Assembly: GCA_965113315.1 (NCBI GenBank)
Contig: OZ220364.1
Reading direction: 5' to 3' (one strand)
DNA length: 64,000 nt
Origin: Podarcis vaucheri
Lineage: Eukaryota
Positions within the stretch are counted from its first letter, which is position 1, and every line of letters begins with the position of its first letter. A program made the position numbers and the translations under genes. The notes below the pieces were generated by a model. The model had not been told where the DNA came from. It did no database searches and was given only the letters and a program-made list of their open reading frames with translations. Below, in pieces: positions 26,228 through 38,380 of this stretch.

Positions 26228-28561
26228 GCCTACAGCTACCATCTGCCCCAGCTAACATGGTTGGGGATAATGAGGTTTGTATTCCAACAACATCTAGCAG
26301 GCACCAGGTTCACAATTCCTTGCATATATGGTTGTGCCGGCTTATTTTATAATGTGGGAAGTAGCCTTGAGAGCTTCAGATCATCTTGTGAAGAATGGAA
26401 GACGAGGCTGCTGGATCAGGCCAGTAGCCCATGTCATCCAGCATTCTCTTCTCACAGTAACCAACCAGATACCTGTGGAAAGCCCAAAAGTAGGAGCCTC
26501 TGTGCAGCAGCACTCTCCCACCTGTTGTCTTACATGACAGCAACAGGGCAGAGGATAAGAGGTCGGTCCAGCACTATGACGAATTTATTAGTTTTTTACA
26601 TGGCTTTGGTTCTGCTAGAAAAGTGAAGATGTAGCTCCCATGCAGAAAGCCTGATGCTTCACCTAGCCAGACTTTGATTGCTAGAGGCATGAATTTTCAC
26701 CAACAGAAGGCTCAAGACCCATGCCTCCTTGCATGGAGTTTGAAGGCTTCCAATTTTATTTTTAAAAATTATTTTGCAAGTGAAAGTGATGCACAAAATT
26801 GGCATATTATGTACACTGGCCCATTTACCGTGACAAACATTTTAGACTCATGGGGTTGTGACGATAGATCTAGGTTTTAAAAAGATAGCAGCATCTCAAA
26901 CAGTCAGTAGTTGAATAGAGGCAGGGTTAATTTGACTGAAGCATTTAACCCCAGGATTAGTTTTCAGTGCTAGAAGTCACTATGGAAAATGAAATATGGC
27001 ATTTGCAATTCTCTATCTCCTGCTAAAGAGGAGAGGAATGATCTTCCAGATCCTGTTAGCAACTTTTCTATTGTTATGCACAGAACAGAATATACCTGCT
27101 GCATCATATGTACTCCACCCAAGGAAACACATCACTCCCCCCTCTCTCACACACCCACATCCCTACACCTTTAAGGCTGTGGAGAGCCTTTATCGGTCCA
27201 GTCTTCTCACAATGTATACTTGTTTTCCCACATTCAGTTTTAAAAAAGTATATTTGCCTTTCATGTGTTACAGAATACTTCACGGGTACATTTAGTGTAC
27301 TGCCAATTTTGTAACATGTAAAGCAGCCCTCAAGCCGAGGTGTAATGGGGTTGAGCATCAAGCCCTTCTTGTCATTCCTATATGCAAAATGACGGCCGGC
27401 TTTGAGCAGAGAGAGAATTTTATCCAGGTGGTTAAAATTTCTCCAGCAGCCACTGGCTCTTTCCTTTCCCTTTCACCCTCAGCCTTGCTCCTTCCACTCT
27501 TCCCCCACCTTCGCCGCACAGGGCAGGCAAAGTTCACCGACGGGTTCTGTACATTTCCACAACTTAGGTGCGCTGCTAAGTAAACAGTGCTCTTGGTCTA
27601 TGCTAAGCAGCCCCATGATTTCCTGCAGTGCTCTTCAATCAGTCTGGCACACAGTCCAATTGTTCTAACTGACTGTGTTTGCAATTACATCTCAGATGTG
27701 AGCGTTCAGCACCACGGTGCTACCAGAAGGGAGCTCTCTATAATGGACAGATGGATTGGCAGGCGTGGAGATTGCAAGCAGACCTAGAATCAGTGAACCA
27801 GTGACAGTCCTCTCACTAGAAGCCTTTGCTGCCCCCCCCTTTTTTTAAATTTAAAGAACCTGCATGATTCTGACTTGAAGCTACTTCCCTGAGCACAAAA
27901 TCTGCAAAGATGTACAATGGAACTGGCCTATAGAACGTACAGAGGAAATGCCCACTCTAAAGCCTTAAAACTGGCTTAACTGAAATCTCCCCTGCTCAAG
28001 GGATTATGGGAAACATAGTTCTGCAAAGAGTGTGCGCAAACTACAGCTCTCTTAACAAGATTCCCTCTATATACTACAATTCCCAGGATTATTTGGGGAA
28101 AGCCACAACAGTTTTAAGGCCGACCAGACTAGTGGGTTTTGGGTTTTTTTGCAGGTGCAATTAACAATGGATTAGTAGTGTATTTAAACTTGACCATCCA
28201 ACACCACCCCAAACATTCTGGGCATGAAAAGTTACCAGATTTCAGCAGGAGATTATAGGACATGCAACGTTTGGAAACAAAACTCTATGTCCAATGTAGA
28301 TGCCAATGATAACGGAAATCACATATAACTGTCCCAATGTCATCATTAGCACAAATAATCATGAATGCATAAAAAGGATGTCTGCAGGGGCCCTAGTTAC
28401 AGTATAAAACCAATATAAAAGCAGAGTTTGTCTCACAGATGCTCCACTTGTGTGGACTGTCCTATATTAATCCCAGAGTGAGTATATAAATTAAGGAAAC
28501 CTCACTATCTTATCTGAGTGGGTTTCATCCTTTCTGGATCCTGACCTGGCTCGGAACTTAC

Positions 28562-28687
28562 CTGACATGCTGCGCAAAGACACTTTGGCAGTGTGGGGAC
28601 GAACTGGAAGATTGGCAATGTCACTGAGCGTGGGATGATGCCTTTGTGAGGACGACCGAATGAGCTTGTTTCTCGGTTTTAAAACAC
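28562..28687 (-). CDS. QRICH2: QRICH2 coding exon
   Basis: cttttcccaccag|...TCAG|gtaagt; 126 nt, phase 1-1; (G)VLKPRNKLIRSSSQRHHPTLSDIANLPVRPHTAKVSLRSMS, similar to the mammalian LPSRPQSA region. Confidence 0.85.
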
Positions 28688-29267
28688 CTGGTGGGAAAAG
28701 CACAGAGGGTGGAAGGACACTTCAGTATTTCTGCTACACACATACAAATAGTGATGTAGTGATTTAAAGAAGCCAAACAAGAGTCATCCTTTTACATGCA
28801 TCAGATCTCTTACAGATGTGCTTATTCAGTAAACCAGGGGCAAGGATCCTGCAATCTGATCTGCCAAGATGTTGCTCGACTGCAACTCCCATCAACCAAA
28901 GTCAGCCTGCCAATGGCCAGAGGTGATAGAGATGGTAGACCGGGAACATCTGAAGGGTCACAGGTTCCCCATCCCTGCAGTAAACCATTTGGCAATTGCT
29001 GTACATCTCCCAGCTCTGAGACTGGAGTAAGGGTCAATCAAGAGATAGACTAGAGCTCTTTTTTCCCCTTAATCACCCCTATCCATAGAAACTGGCAGCA
29101 GGAAAACGGTGCTGGCTTTGCATTCTGCAGCTGAAGGCAAATGTTTCACATTGTTCCATGCAAGGTAAAGCCAGCTCTGCATATTAACACTTAATAACCT
29201 GAACAGTGTTCATGAAAGGGTTAACAAAATGTACCCAAAGCATCTGCACATGGAATGTAACACTTAC

Positions 29268-29355
29268 CGTCCTTTCCAGTTATTGATGGGAGTTGTGCGT
29301 CCATCCGTCCTTTGTAGATATGACCATCAAGACCCAGTATATCTACCTCTTCATG
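29268..29355 (-). CDS. QRICH2: QRICH2 coding exon
   Basis: ttcctag|HEEVDILGLDGHIYKGRMDAQLPSITGKD|gtaagt; 88 nt, phase 0-1. Confidence 0.95.
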
Positions 29356-32079
29356 CTAGGAATCAATGCAAGCACAGGGCAGATTTCAATTTAGCCCCAA
29401 GGGCAAACATTAAAAATCCATTACAAACCAGTCCTGCAGTTTCACTCCATCAGTCTCAACACTTACGGTGGAGCTTGAAAAGCTTTCTCACTTTGACAGT
29501 AGGGTGGCCAGGCTGGAATCTAGTGATCCCTGCTTTGCCTTTTAAATTCCCTGATCCAGTGACAGCTTCCCTGCCCATGTCTGCCTTAGTACTGTTGTCC
29601 ACTCACACCTGTTTGCATGTTACCTCCAACCTCCAGCTTTTGTCGGACTACAACTCCCATCAGCCCTAACCACTGGCCATTCTGACTGCAGCTGATGGGA
29701 GATGGGAGTCCAAAAACATCTGGAGGGCATACATTGTTGCAGAAGACTGCCCTACTCTACCAAGGAGTTTACAAAGGTAGAAACTTCATCTCTAGGTTGC
29801 AACTTGTTGGTGGTTCCATTGACTGAGAAAGAGTGGGAAACGCTGGAATCCCTGCTCTGCAGTAAACAGATATAGACTGTCAATGATGTAACAGGCAACT
29901 TGGATTTTAAGATGAATTTGTCCCAACCCTTTATCACATTGGTTTCCATCTACTGGTTTAAAACTCTGACATCCGAAGTAGTCTCCCAGTGCATATATGT
30001 GTAAGATTTCAGCCGAAGCGGAAGATAAGCTCTCATCTTCTAGACTGGCAGCTTTCATGTAAATCCAACACGCCATGGTTGTCAACTTAAAAATGCAACA
30101 ATATAATATTGTCTTAAAAACCTCAAGAATTAGAAAAGTTAATGAAAGAGCCCAGTTGCACCCACTGGTGAGGAATTCTATACTTTGCCCTCAGAAAAGG
30201 GAGAACAGGAACTAATGGTCTGTAACCCACAACTGTACTGGGCTCTGTACTATGGTAAGGTCAGAACAAGAGAGCTATATGTTTACATTTTTCTAAGCAG
30301 AGGGAATAAAAGATTAACAAGTATGTTTTAAATTAAAAGCAGGTCCATCGTGCAGGTTTGGATTACAGGCAGAATGACTACTTGAATACTGTATTGTTTA
30401 TGTGTGGCATTTAAATTTCCAAGCAGTAGGAGGAGCTTGAGCAATATTTTTTTTTTGGGGGGGGGGATAATTGAAAGCTGGAGAAGGGAGAATTCTACTG
30501 TTCAATGTTTTTACTTTCCAGTTGTTTTAATTTCTTGTGGTTAACTATTTTGAGTGCCATTCATGGGAGAGAGGTGGGGTGCATGTTTTACGTCAGGGAA
30601 ATGTGGAAGTAAAGGAGGCCAAGGCTGCGGAAACCAAGATAGAGGCTGCACTTTGGATGGTGGGCATCTGATTGGGTATCTGGGGGAGAAGAACATTTGA
30701 GATAAAAAAAGGAACTAAACAAATATATGGCTTTTTGAGCCCCCACAATCAGGACATGTATCCTGATGCACAAGAAGCCTCCAAACCTTTTAGTCATTGT
30801 ATTTCTTGCATGGCTTCTAGCAACAAGCACTATGAGAATTGGGATACTGGCCTAGAACTAGCACTGGTTTGAGCTAGCAAGGATGAACAAAACATTTTGC
30901 AATCTAAATTAACTTTTTTGCTAACAAAAGATAATAAAAAAAGAAATCAGGAGAGTGTGGTCAAAAGGAAATTTGTTTTTCAGTTATCTTTATGTTACAT
31001 AATTCAGAGAGAGATAAGCTGGTGGCAGGTGGAATGTGTATCGCAGGAACAATACCAAGCCATTAGTCCTGCCATTAAGAGAAAATTGTAATGTCAGCTA
31101 GAAAGGAGTGTTTTCTACACACGGTGATCTTGTTCTCATTCTCATTTAGATAATACATTATTCCCTTTTTGCAGGGTCTGAAATAAGCCTATACAGCAAC
31201 TTCCTCAAGGTCAACAAGTGTGTCCAGACCAATAATTGTGTTGCCTTCCATTTATTGTTGCCGTTCCAGTACTCAGCCTTTACACAGGACTCAGAATTGT
31301 GGGCTTGGGTTTTATAACATTTGCGTTTCTGAAAACCACCTTAAATGTGTGTCCCCCGCCCACATGCAAGAGTAGAAGAGCCTTGAAATGGGAACCTAAA
31401 ATTGGCCCGTTTCAGTTTCTACTAAAATAAATTAGCAGAAAATAGTAGCATAGAGCCTATGTTAACGAGCGCAAATTTATAAAGGAAAGTCAAGTCTCTA
31501 ATACTGAAAGAAGGGTTAGACCATGGTCAGGAAAAAGAAAGTATGTGGTTTCTCTTAAGACCAAGAGCAGTAAAATTCGTTTCTCTTCAATTTCCTATAT
31601 GAACCTGCCTATTAAGTTCAGTAGGGAAGTTCATATAAGCCCTCTCCCCCATGTTAAAAATGACAAGGGAATGGGGTTCTGGGGCCCTTTCCATTGACAA
31701 CCACAGTCATGTCTGCTGCTGACAGCAAGCAGGAAGGAAATGCTCCCTCACACATTCAGTGTGGGAAAGGGCTCTCCACAGGCACTGATGCACGCAGGTA
31801 CTGTGTGTGCAGGTGGCAGAGGGTCAACCTCCTTATTGGCTGAGGCAAAAGGATCTTTCCAAATGGGGTAGGTAGGCAACAAAATGGGAGGTGGAAGCTC
31901 AGTGTACGTAAAGATGCACCTTGGGGCAAAAGCAAAAATTATCCCAACTTCAGATATAGTTTGATCAGCCTGAACTGGCGGTGACATGGAAGAGGTCTCC
32001 GGATCTTGGAAGAAAAAGCTCAGTGTTAACCCAGATTGTGGCAGCTGCGAAGGAGACAAATTCCTTACTAGGGATTAAT

Positions 32080-32370
32080 AGGGAAGAGACTGTAGATATC
32101 ACAGGGCCTTCATATCAATCTAGTTGAGATGCTATATAGAAGTATGGCCGCCACATCTCCAAAAGGATATTGTAGAGGTGAAAAAGGTTGCAAGGAGCTG
32201 CAGCACTCCCCTTGCAACAAAAGAAAGCACTGGAGCTTTTTGGGGGGGGGCAGGGAGCAGACCAGGAAAAACATGCCTGAGGTTTATAAAATTAGGCATA
32301 GTATTGCCAAAACTGATTGAAGGAAAATTTTCTCTGTGTTATTACTAGGTGCTAAGGATCATCCAATGCA
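32080..32370 (+). mobile_element. Decayed CR1 ORF2 C-terminal fragment
   Basis: Peptide relics VWPPHLQKDIVEVKKV and NMPEVYKI, typical of CR1 ORF2. Confidence 0.55.
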
Positions 32371-32639
32371 AGGTGCAGTAGTGGTGGTGTTGTTTTTTTA
32401 AATCAAATAAATTTGATGAGGTTCAAAGTTACATGTGAAGAAACCAAATGGACAGAGGATGAGCAAATACTCAGTGCAATCCAGACTGTATGTCTCCCTC
32501 TTATGTGAAGTGGATCATGCAAAGTAAGTGCAGGCCTGTGCATCCCTTGTAGGCTCCAAAACCTACAGGTCAGCTATGAGTCCAGCCTGACTTCCACGCC
32601 CCACCTTCCGTCTTCCTCCCCACCCCCAGTTCTTGATAC

Positions 32640-32808
32640 CTTCATCACTGCCAACATGGCGTTTTCGTCTGGTTGGACTGGTGCCATAGACTGTGCAAAC
32701 TGCTGCAGCCGTCCGTAACGCCGGTACGGGTAAGTGAGGGTGTGGCTGCCTCCGCAGTGCCGAGGAACGCTTATGTAGCTGAAGTCTGACATATCAGCAA
32801 GCCTGTCG
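32640..32808 (-). CDS. QRICH2: QRICH2 coding exon
   Basis: cctaacag|...DRLADMSDFSYISVPRHCGGSHTLTYPYRRYGRLQQFAQSMAPVQPDENAMLAVMK|gtatca; 169 nt, phase 2-0. Confidence 0.93.
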
Positions 32809-34627
32809 CTGTTAGGAATCAAGGGTCAACAGGTCAAAGTGGGGAAACCCGGTGTGTAAGGGGCCCAAATGCAAAAGAGCAGGCTCTTGAACCTTGAATA
32901 GTTTGTAGGAGGTGGAGTTTCAGCAAGTATAGCTTGTAACACAAACTGCACCATCCTTTACACAACTGTCAAAGGCACAGGTGCTCTGTCTTCTTGCTCC
33001 CCTGGCTCCCCACTACCAGTGAGTCTGAAGCCGAACCAACTACACTAACCTGGTTTCTGGAGGACAACACCCCAAACCATACATAGGTACCTGGGGGATT
33101 GTGACAAAATCTGTATACTCGTCCAACTGCTAGTGCTGGCTTTGCTTCTCCATGCTGCAGCAATTCTTTAACAGACCAGATGTCCCAACACACAGCCACA
33201 ACTCCTCCTGCCTGATTCTTTATTTTCTCACCTCACTACAGTGGCCAGGTGAAAAGGGGGACCAGGGTGAGCTACCACATCTTTAAACTGTGCAGAAGAC
33301 GAGAATCTCAGCCAGTAAGCCTTGCATGTGGAAATCCCGTCTTCTAAGCAGCTCATAAAAGTACAGCACCCACCCACCCTGTCCTCTTACCCAACTGGGG
33401 ATCCCATCCATCAGCCACAATCACGGCTTACTAGCTAGACCAGTGATAACCAACAGGATGCTGTTGGCTTGCAGCTCCATTAAAGACTGATGGCCATGTT
33501 GGCTGGGGCTGAAGGGAGTTGGAGTCCAGCTTCTTCTGGAGGCTACCCTTGAGCTAGACCAGGCAGGACTTCCCTTTTGGACATTATAGCTGGGGAGAAG
33601 GTGGTCAAGAGGGAACAGGAAATGAGCAAGGTGGAAGGTCTGTGGCACCACCTTCTGTTGTGGCTGCAGAGAGGTTAAAAGGAACAGGAAAGGTCTTCTT
33701 TCCAGGTGCAATAGTAATTTGGTTTCAGTGCCGAATGTTAAAAAAATATTAGGTTGCAATCGTACACTTGCTTACTCCACAGTAAGCCCCATTGAACTCA
33801 GTGGGGCTTGCGTTGAGTGTACATGTGTTATATGGCACAGTAATGCTGTGCTTGATTTTTTATGGTACACTTTAGCAGCTACCTTGAGTCTCCTTTTGGA
33901 GGGAGAAAGGTGGGAACAGACAAGTAAATAAGATAAATATGAGAGAGCCAGCCAAATGCCTCTCCCAGGTTGTTTAGGGTCAAGTCCTGCCCAAGGATAT
34001 TTTGAAATGCTAACTTCAGAAAGCACTTTTTTTTGGGGGGGGGGGTTTGCCACAATTGTGTCTTTGTCACAATTTAGCACCGCTGTCCTTAATTGTCCCA
34101 CAAAACACCACTCACAATTACACTGAACATTTTCAGAATGTCAAAACTGATTCATTTCCCAAATAAAGCAGAAAACACTAAGCCACTCCAGAGAGGTCAC
34201 GGTGGAAGGGAAAATTGAAATATTAGGTGCATACTCAGTGCACAACAACAACCTGCTCCTGGCTTTGTCTCCCTGGCCTGCACTTCATCAAGCAGCAACA
34301 CACACACACAAAACAGAATGAAAGAGTAGATCTTGTCACAAGTCAGTATGTAGACAAGGAGGGAGCTTCCTAGACAGAAAGTAGAATTTCAGGCATGGAA
34401 GCAATAGGTGGAGCAGCAACTAGCAGCAACTAGCAAGCTAACAATGAAGCAGAAATAAAAATGCAAGCTACATTGCCAGTCTTGATGGGAGGGGTTTCTG
34501 AAGTCTTGGTGGAACTTTGCTGTTGGGAACCTTGTACCTGACCTGCAGTACAAGGTTAGTGTTTGTTTGCATGTTACTTCTTTGGTTCTGCAGGTAAAGG
34601 AGTCGGCCTGCAGACATCAGTAAATAT

Positions 34628-34699
34628 ATTGTGAAGCTGTAACAGTCAGGTCCGACTTGTTCAATTGTGAAGCTGTAACAGTCAGGTCCGACTTGTTCA
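34628..34699. repeat. Perfect 36-bp tandem duplication
   Basis: attgtgaagctgtaacagtcaggtccgacttgttca x2. Confidence 0.95.
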
Positions 34700-35822
34700 A
34701 CAGACATCTCAAGCTCAGAGTTTGCTTTGGAATTCCAGATTTTATTACCGTGCAGCAACAGCAGCAAGTCTGACCACTAAATATGTGCATTCTTTCCATT
34801 CACAGAGCTAAATGTACGCTAAGGAGAAGCACCTTAAGGGGTTGCTTCAGGCATGACGAAATTCCTACACTGAAGTTGGTTCTGCATAAGAATCTGCATA
34901 AATCCTGCATGTCAGGTATCCAATGTGGTAAGACTAAGAGCATGTGAGGAGTTTGTGGCTTCTTACCACACAGAAACTTGTTCCAAAAAGTGGATTCTGT
35001 GTATAGGAATTTCCACCCATGTGTGAAACAAAGTGAAGAAGTTCCACATTGGTAAGTGAGAAGGCTCAGCAAATAGTTAGCTGCTCCTACTCTTCTCGTG
35101 GCTGATTTCTTGCAAAGCTGATATTGTTCACACCCTATTTGGAATATCCACCTGGATAAAAAGAATTAACTAGGAGCTCGACCCAGAGATTTAGCTAAGT
35201 ATTAATGACTGTTTTATAAATCTGACTTTCAGGGATTTCTGAACAGGTGGCGGAGTTCTGTTGTGTCCATGCCCTGAAATCCCTAGGATGGCTGTGTAAT
35301 GAAGCATTACTTCAAGCCCAGCAACAGCACCTGAAAGGATGGGGTAAATGTCTGGGCCCAGAAACCCCAGAACAGCTCCTGCCTCAGGTGGTGGAAGTGC
35401 AAGAGGCAGCACTCTGCCCTCTCCACCACTTCTGCCACCAGGAGGAGGCATTCCAGTGTGCAGCGTTGCTGCTCGTTTTCCCAGCCTCCAAGTGGAGAAG
35501 CCAAGGAAGCAGCATTATTTGGGGGAGTGCCCTGGTTCCTGCCAAGTTTGGCAAGAGCCAGGGTGTTCCTGTGTGCTGGCTGCTGCTTGGTTTTCCCCTG
35601 GGGGAGCAACACTCAGAGGAGCACCCTGGCTCGCACCAGGTTCGGCAAGAAGTGGGGCGTGGTGGCAGAAGTGGGGTACGGTGGGTGAGGCCAGGAAGCC
35701 GCAATTGGGTGGGGCGTGGAGGTTGATCTGTCCCAGGTGCCTTCAAACTGAGTGCCAGCCCTACTTTGCTTCTCGTTGCTTTGGAGCTATGAACTTCAAC
35801 TGCTCGAGACCTTTTCTCCTAC

Positions 35823-36026
35823 CGTTTGCCATACGGGGTTGAGCCAAGACACTGGGCCTGCAGCATCTCCCTGATCATCTGAGCGTTGACCTTCGCTGCT
35901 CCACCACTGTAATGGCTCTGCACCTTCTGTATATCCATGAGCATCTTGGAATGGATGCGGCGCAGCTTATTGAGACTCGCACTCTTCTCCAGTGCATCGA
36001 AACGGACACCAGGTCCTAACTTCAGA
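35823..36026 (-). CDS. QRICH2: QRICH2 coding exon
   Basis: caccctag|...LKLGPGVRFDALEKSASLNKLRRIHSKMLMDIQKVQSHYSGGAAKVNAQMIREMLQAQCLGSTPYGK(R)|gtagga; 204 nt, phase 2-2. Confidence 0.92.
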
Positions 36027-37059
36027 CTAGGGTGGGGTACAATAGGATGGGAAGGGGAAAGGTGGGGTGCAGCAGCACAAGCCAGAGAGCAAGGAGACGG
36101 CAAACAGCCACAGAAAGAGAACGGAAAAGAGAAATCATACTGTTAAGCGGGGCTGTTGCTTCCAGCATGCCTTGCTCGCATTTTACACTCCTTTTGTGAG
36201 AAAGCAGGAACTAGTGAGAACATTTACATGGAGCTATGCTACCCGGGAGGACCTAACCAGATTCACTTAAACTGACAGCTATGAAGAATCTAAAAAGCAA
36301 AGGACACATGTTCAATGGGACACATTTTCTACAGAAGATCCTCTGGGTGTAACAAATGGAGGGGTTGCTGAGGCCTACTGCCCCATCCAGCGACACTTCT
36401 ATCTCAGAGATTGCCCAAAGGAAACTTTCAGCCAATTTTTGAGAGGGATGGTTGGAGGAAAGGGAGGGATTCACCCCCACCTACCCCCTTATGTCCCCGT
36501 TTCCCTTCCACCACCAGTTTCCTAACTTTGGCACTTGGGCTCTTTCTTCTAGCCTCTGGTTAACAGATGCCACTGTAATTTTTTGCTACACGGTAACAGA
36601 ATATTGTTTGCAAGAGAACTGTAGGAAACAAACAATGGCATCCACTAGCTGCCAGGAAAGCCCTCGCCACACCAACAGAGACTAATTCCCTGTCCTGCTC
36701 CCCTACCTGCCAATTTGCTGAAATGATTGCCCCATTCTTGTCACATGCAAATGGGGCAGAGGAAATGGGGGAGCTCCCTCTGTCCAACCTGTCAGTGAAA
36801 AATCTTGTTTTGCTAGGCAGGAGTATTTGGGCTGCAAGCTATTTTCCTACCACTCCTGCCTTCCCCCAACAGAACGATAGCAATATCACCAAGGCCAGAG
36901 GCACTTTGCATCTGCTCTCTTCTCAGTTTCATTCTCCCCAGCAGGCCCCCTATTTCCAAATCTGTGCCCCGTCCAATTCCCACCTGACCTGCCTCTTAAA
37001 ATACACACAAGCTGGGAACCAGAAAAAAAACCCTCCAAAGCCCCTTGTCCTCTGAGTAC

Positions 37060-37161
37060 CTGCGGTTCAGCTGCCTGATTTGTTCCAATTCATAAACCAT
37101 GTATGGCCGGAGGGATTGGTGAGCAGGTAAACCTGGCACAGCAGGGAGTGTCGTGATGTGT
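37060..37161 (-). CDS. QRICH2: QRICH2 coding exon
   Basis: cttcttgtcttggcag|...HITTLPAVPGLPAHQSLRPYMVYELEQIRQLNR|gtactc; 102 nt, phase 2-2. Confidence 0.92.
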
Positions 37162-37310
37162 CTGCCAAGACAAGAAGCAGGCAGGTTAAGCAAAGGGAGG
37201 GGTGGGAGAACGAAGCAGCTACAGGACAAGGAAGTCGTCCCTGGGTCAGCTGCTAACATCTGCTTGTCACGGAAGGGCAGGCCATGCATGGCCCTGGGCT
37301 GGCTGATGGG

Positions 37311-37457
37311 CAGTGGTGTAGCGTGGGGGGTGCAGGGGGGGCCGGCCGCACCGGGCGCAACATCTGGGGGTTAGGGTTAGGGGGCGCAAATCCACGGGTT
37401 AGGGGGCGCAAATTACTTGCCTTGCCCCGGGTGCTGACAACCCACGCTACGCCACTG
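37311..37457. mobile_element. GC-rich hAT MITE containing TTAGGG motifs
   Basis: TIR cagtggtgtagcgtggg / cccacgctacgccactg; perfect 8-bp TSD ctgatggg (37303-37310 and 37458-37465). Confidence 0.9.
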
Positions 37458-37695
37458 CTGATGGGATGTGTTTTTCCCAAGCTACCAGTTGGAGGCTGTG
37501 GTTGCCCCATCATGGATGAGCAAGGAGGACTCAAATCCAAATCGCCCGGCTTCCAAGTCCTGTTCTGCACCAATTTTTAAACCACCACATACCCCTATAA
37601 ATATTTATTGTTCATTTTCTATCCTTCCTCCCAAAGGAGCCCAGGACAGCAGCATAAGCACAAAAGCACCATAAGAGTTCCAAACATGGACTTAC

Positions 37696-37761
37696 GGGCC
37701 AGGAACCACCATTTCCAAAGGTCGATCGCAAGAGATGCAGTGGAAATGGGCCAGGAGTCTC
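37696..37761 (-). CDS. QRICH2: QRICH2 coding exon (CxxC motif)
   Basis: ctacccaaacag|...RLLAHFHCISCDRPLEMVVPG(P)|gtaagt; 66 nt, phase 2-2. Confidence 0.95.
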
Positions 37762-38380
37762 CTGTTTGGGTAGAAAAAGAGATGCTTAGGCCAAATAAAG
37801 GAATTACGGCAATGGGAGTATAGCGCTGGTTGGGGATGGGAGATACAGGATGTGCAAATGTTTGCCTGAACGGTCCGTGCGAAGGAGAGTAAAATGATAG
37901 TTTGTACACACGTTTTCATGAAGGGGGAGATGCCCTGGAGTTGAAAGGTTTGTGGGCTCACAACAGCAGAGGAAGAAGCAGCACAAGTTGTGTCTAGGGA
38001 GCTCCTTACGTGCTTGGGAACACCAGGCACCCACAGATCTCTCCGTGGATGAGGAGGAGATGCAGAAGGCACTTTTCGCACACTGCAGCACAAGCAGGCC
38101 AGGCACATTCACCTGCTGCCTTCTTACCCCGTTCCTATGTAGTTTCTGATTGCCTGGGTAGCAATATAACAGTGTGGAATTAACTTGGGCATCCTAACAC
38201 TCAGCATGGGTGCCTCCTATTTAAAACTGACCACCTGGGGAGCTGTCAGAGAGCAACAGGAGATCATTCTTGATAATTTAGAACAACACATTTTCAAAAT
38301 CTAAATGTCAAATTGCATGCGAAAACGTTGGGAGTTGTTTTTAAAAAAGAATGTCAACAACCTGCTTTAGAAAACAAGTA

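Noticed and set aside
34628-34699. 36-bp direct repeat as a CRISPR-like array
   Set aside because: Only two abutting copies with no spacer, in eukaryotic intronic DNA.
35191-35842. Cluster of overlapping ORFs on both strands
   Set aside because: GC-rich intronic segment, probably a decayed repeat; no recognisable protein and no consistent splice signals.
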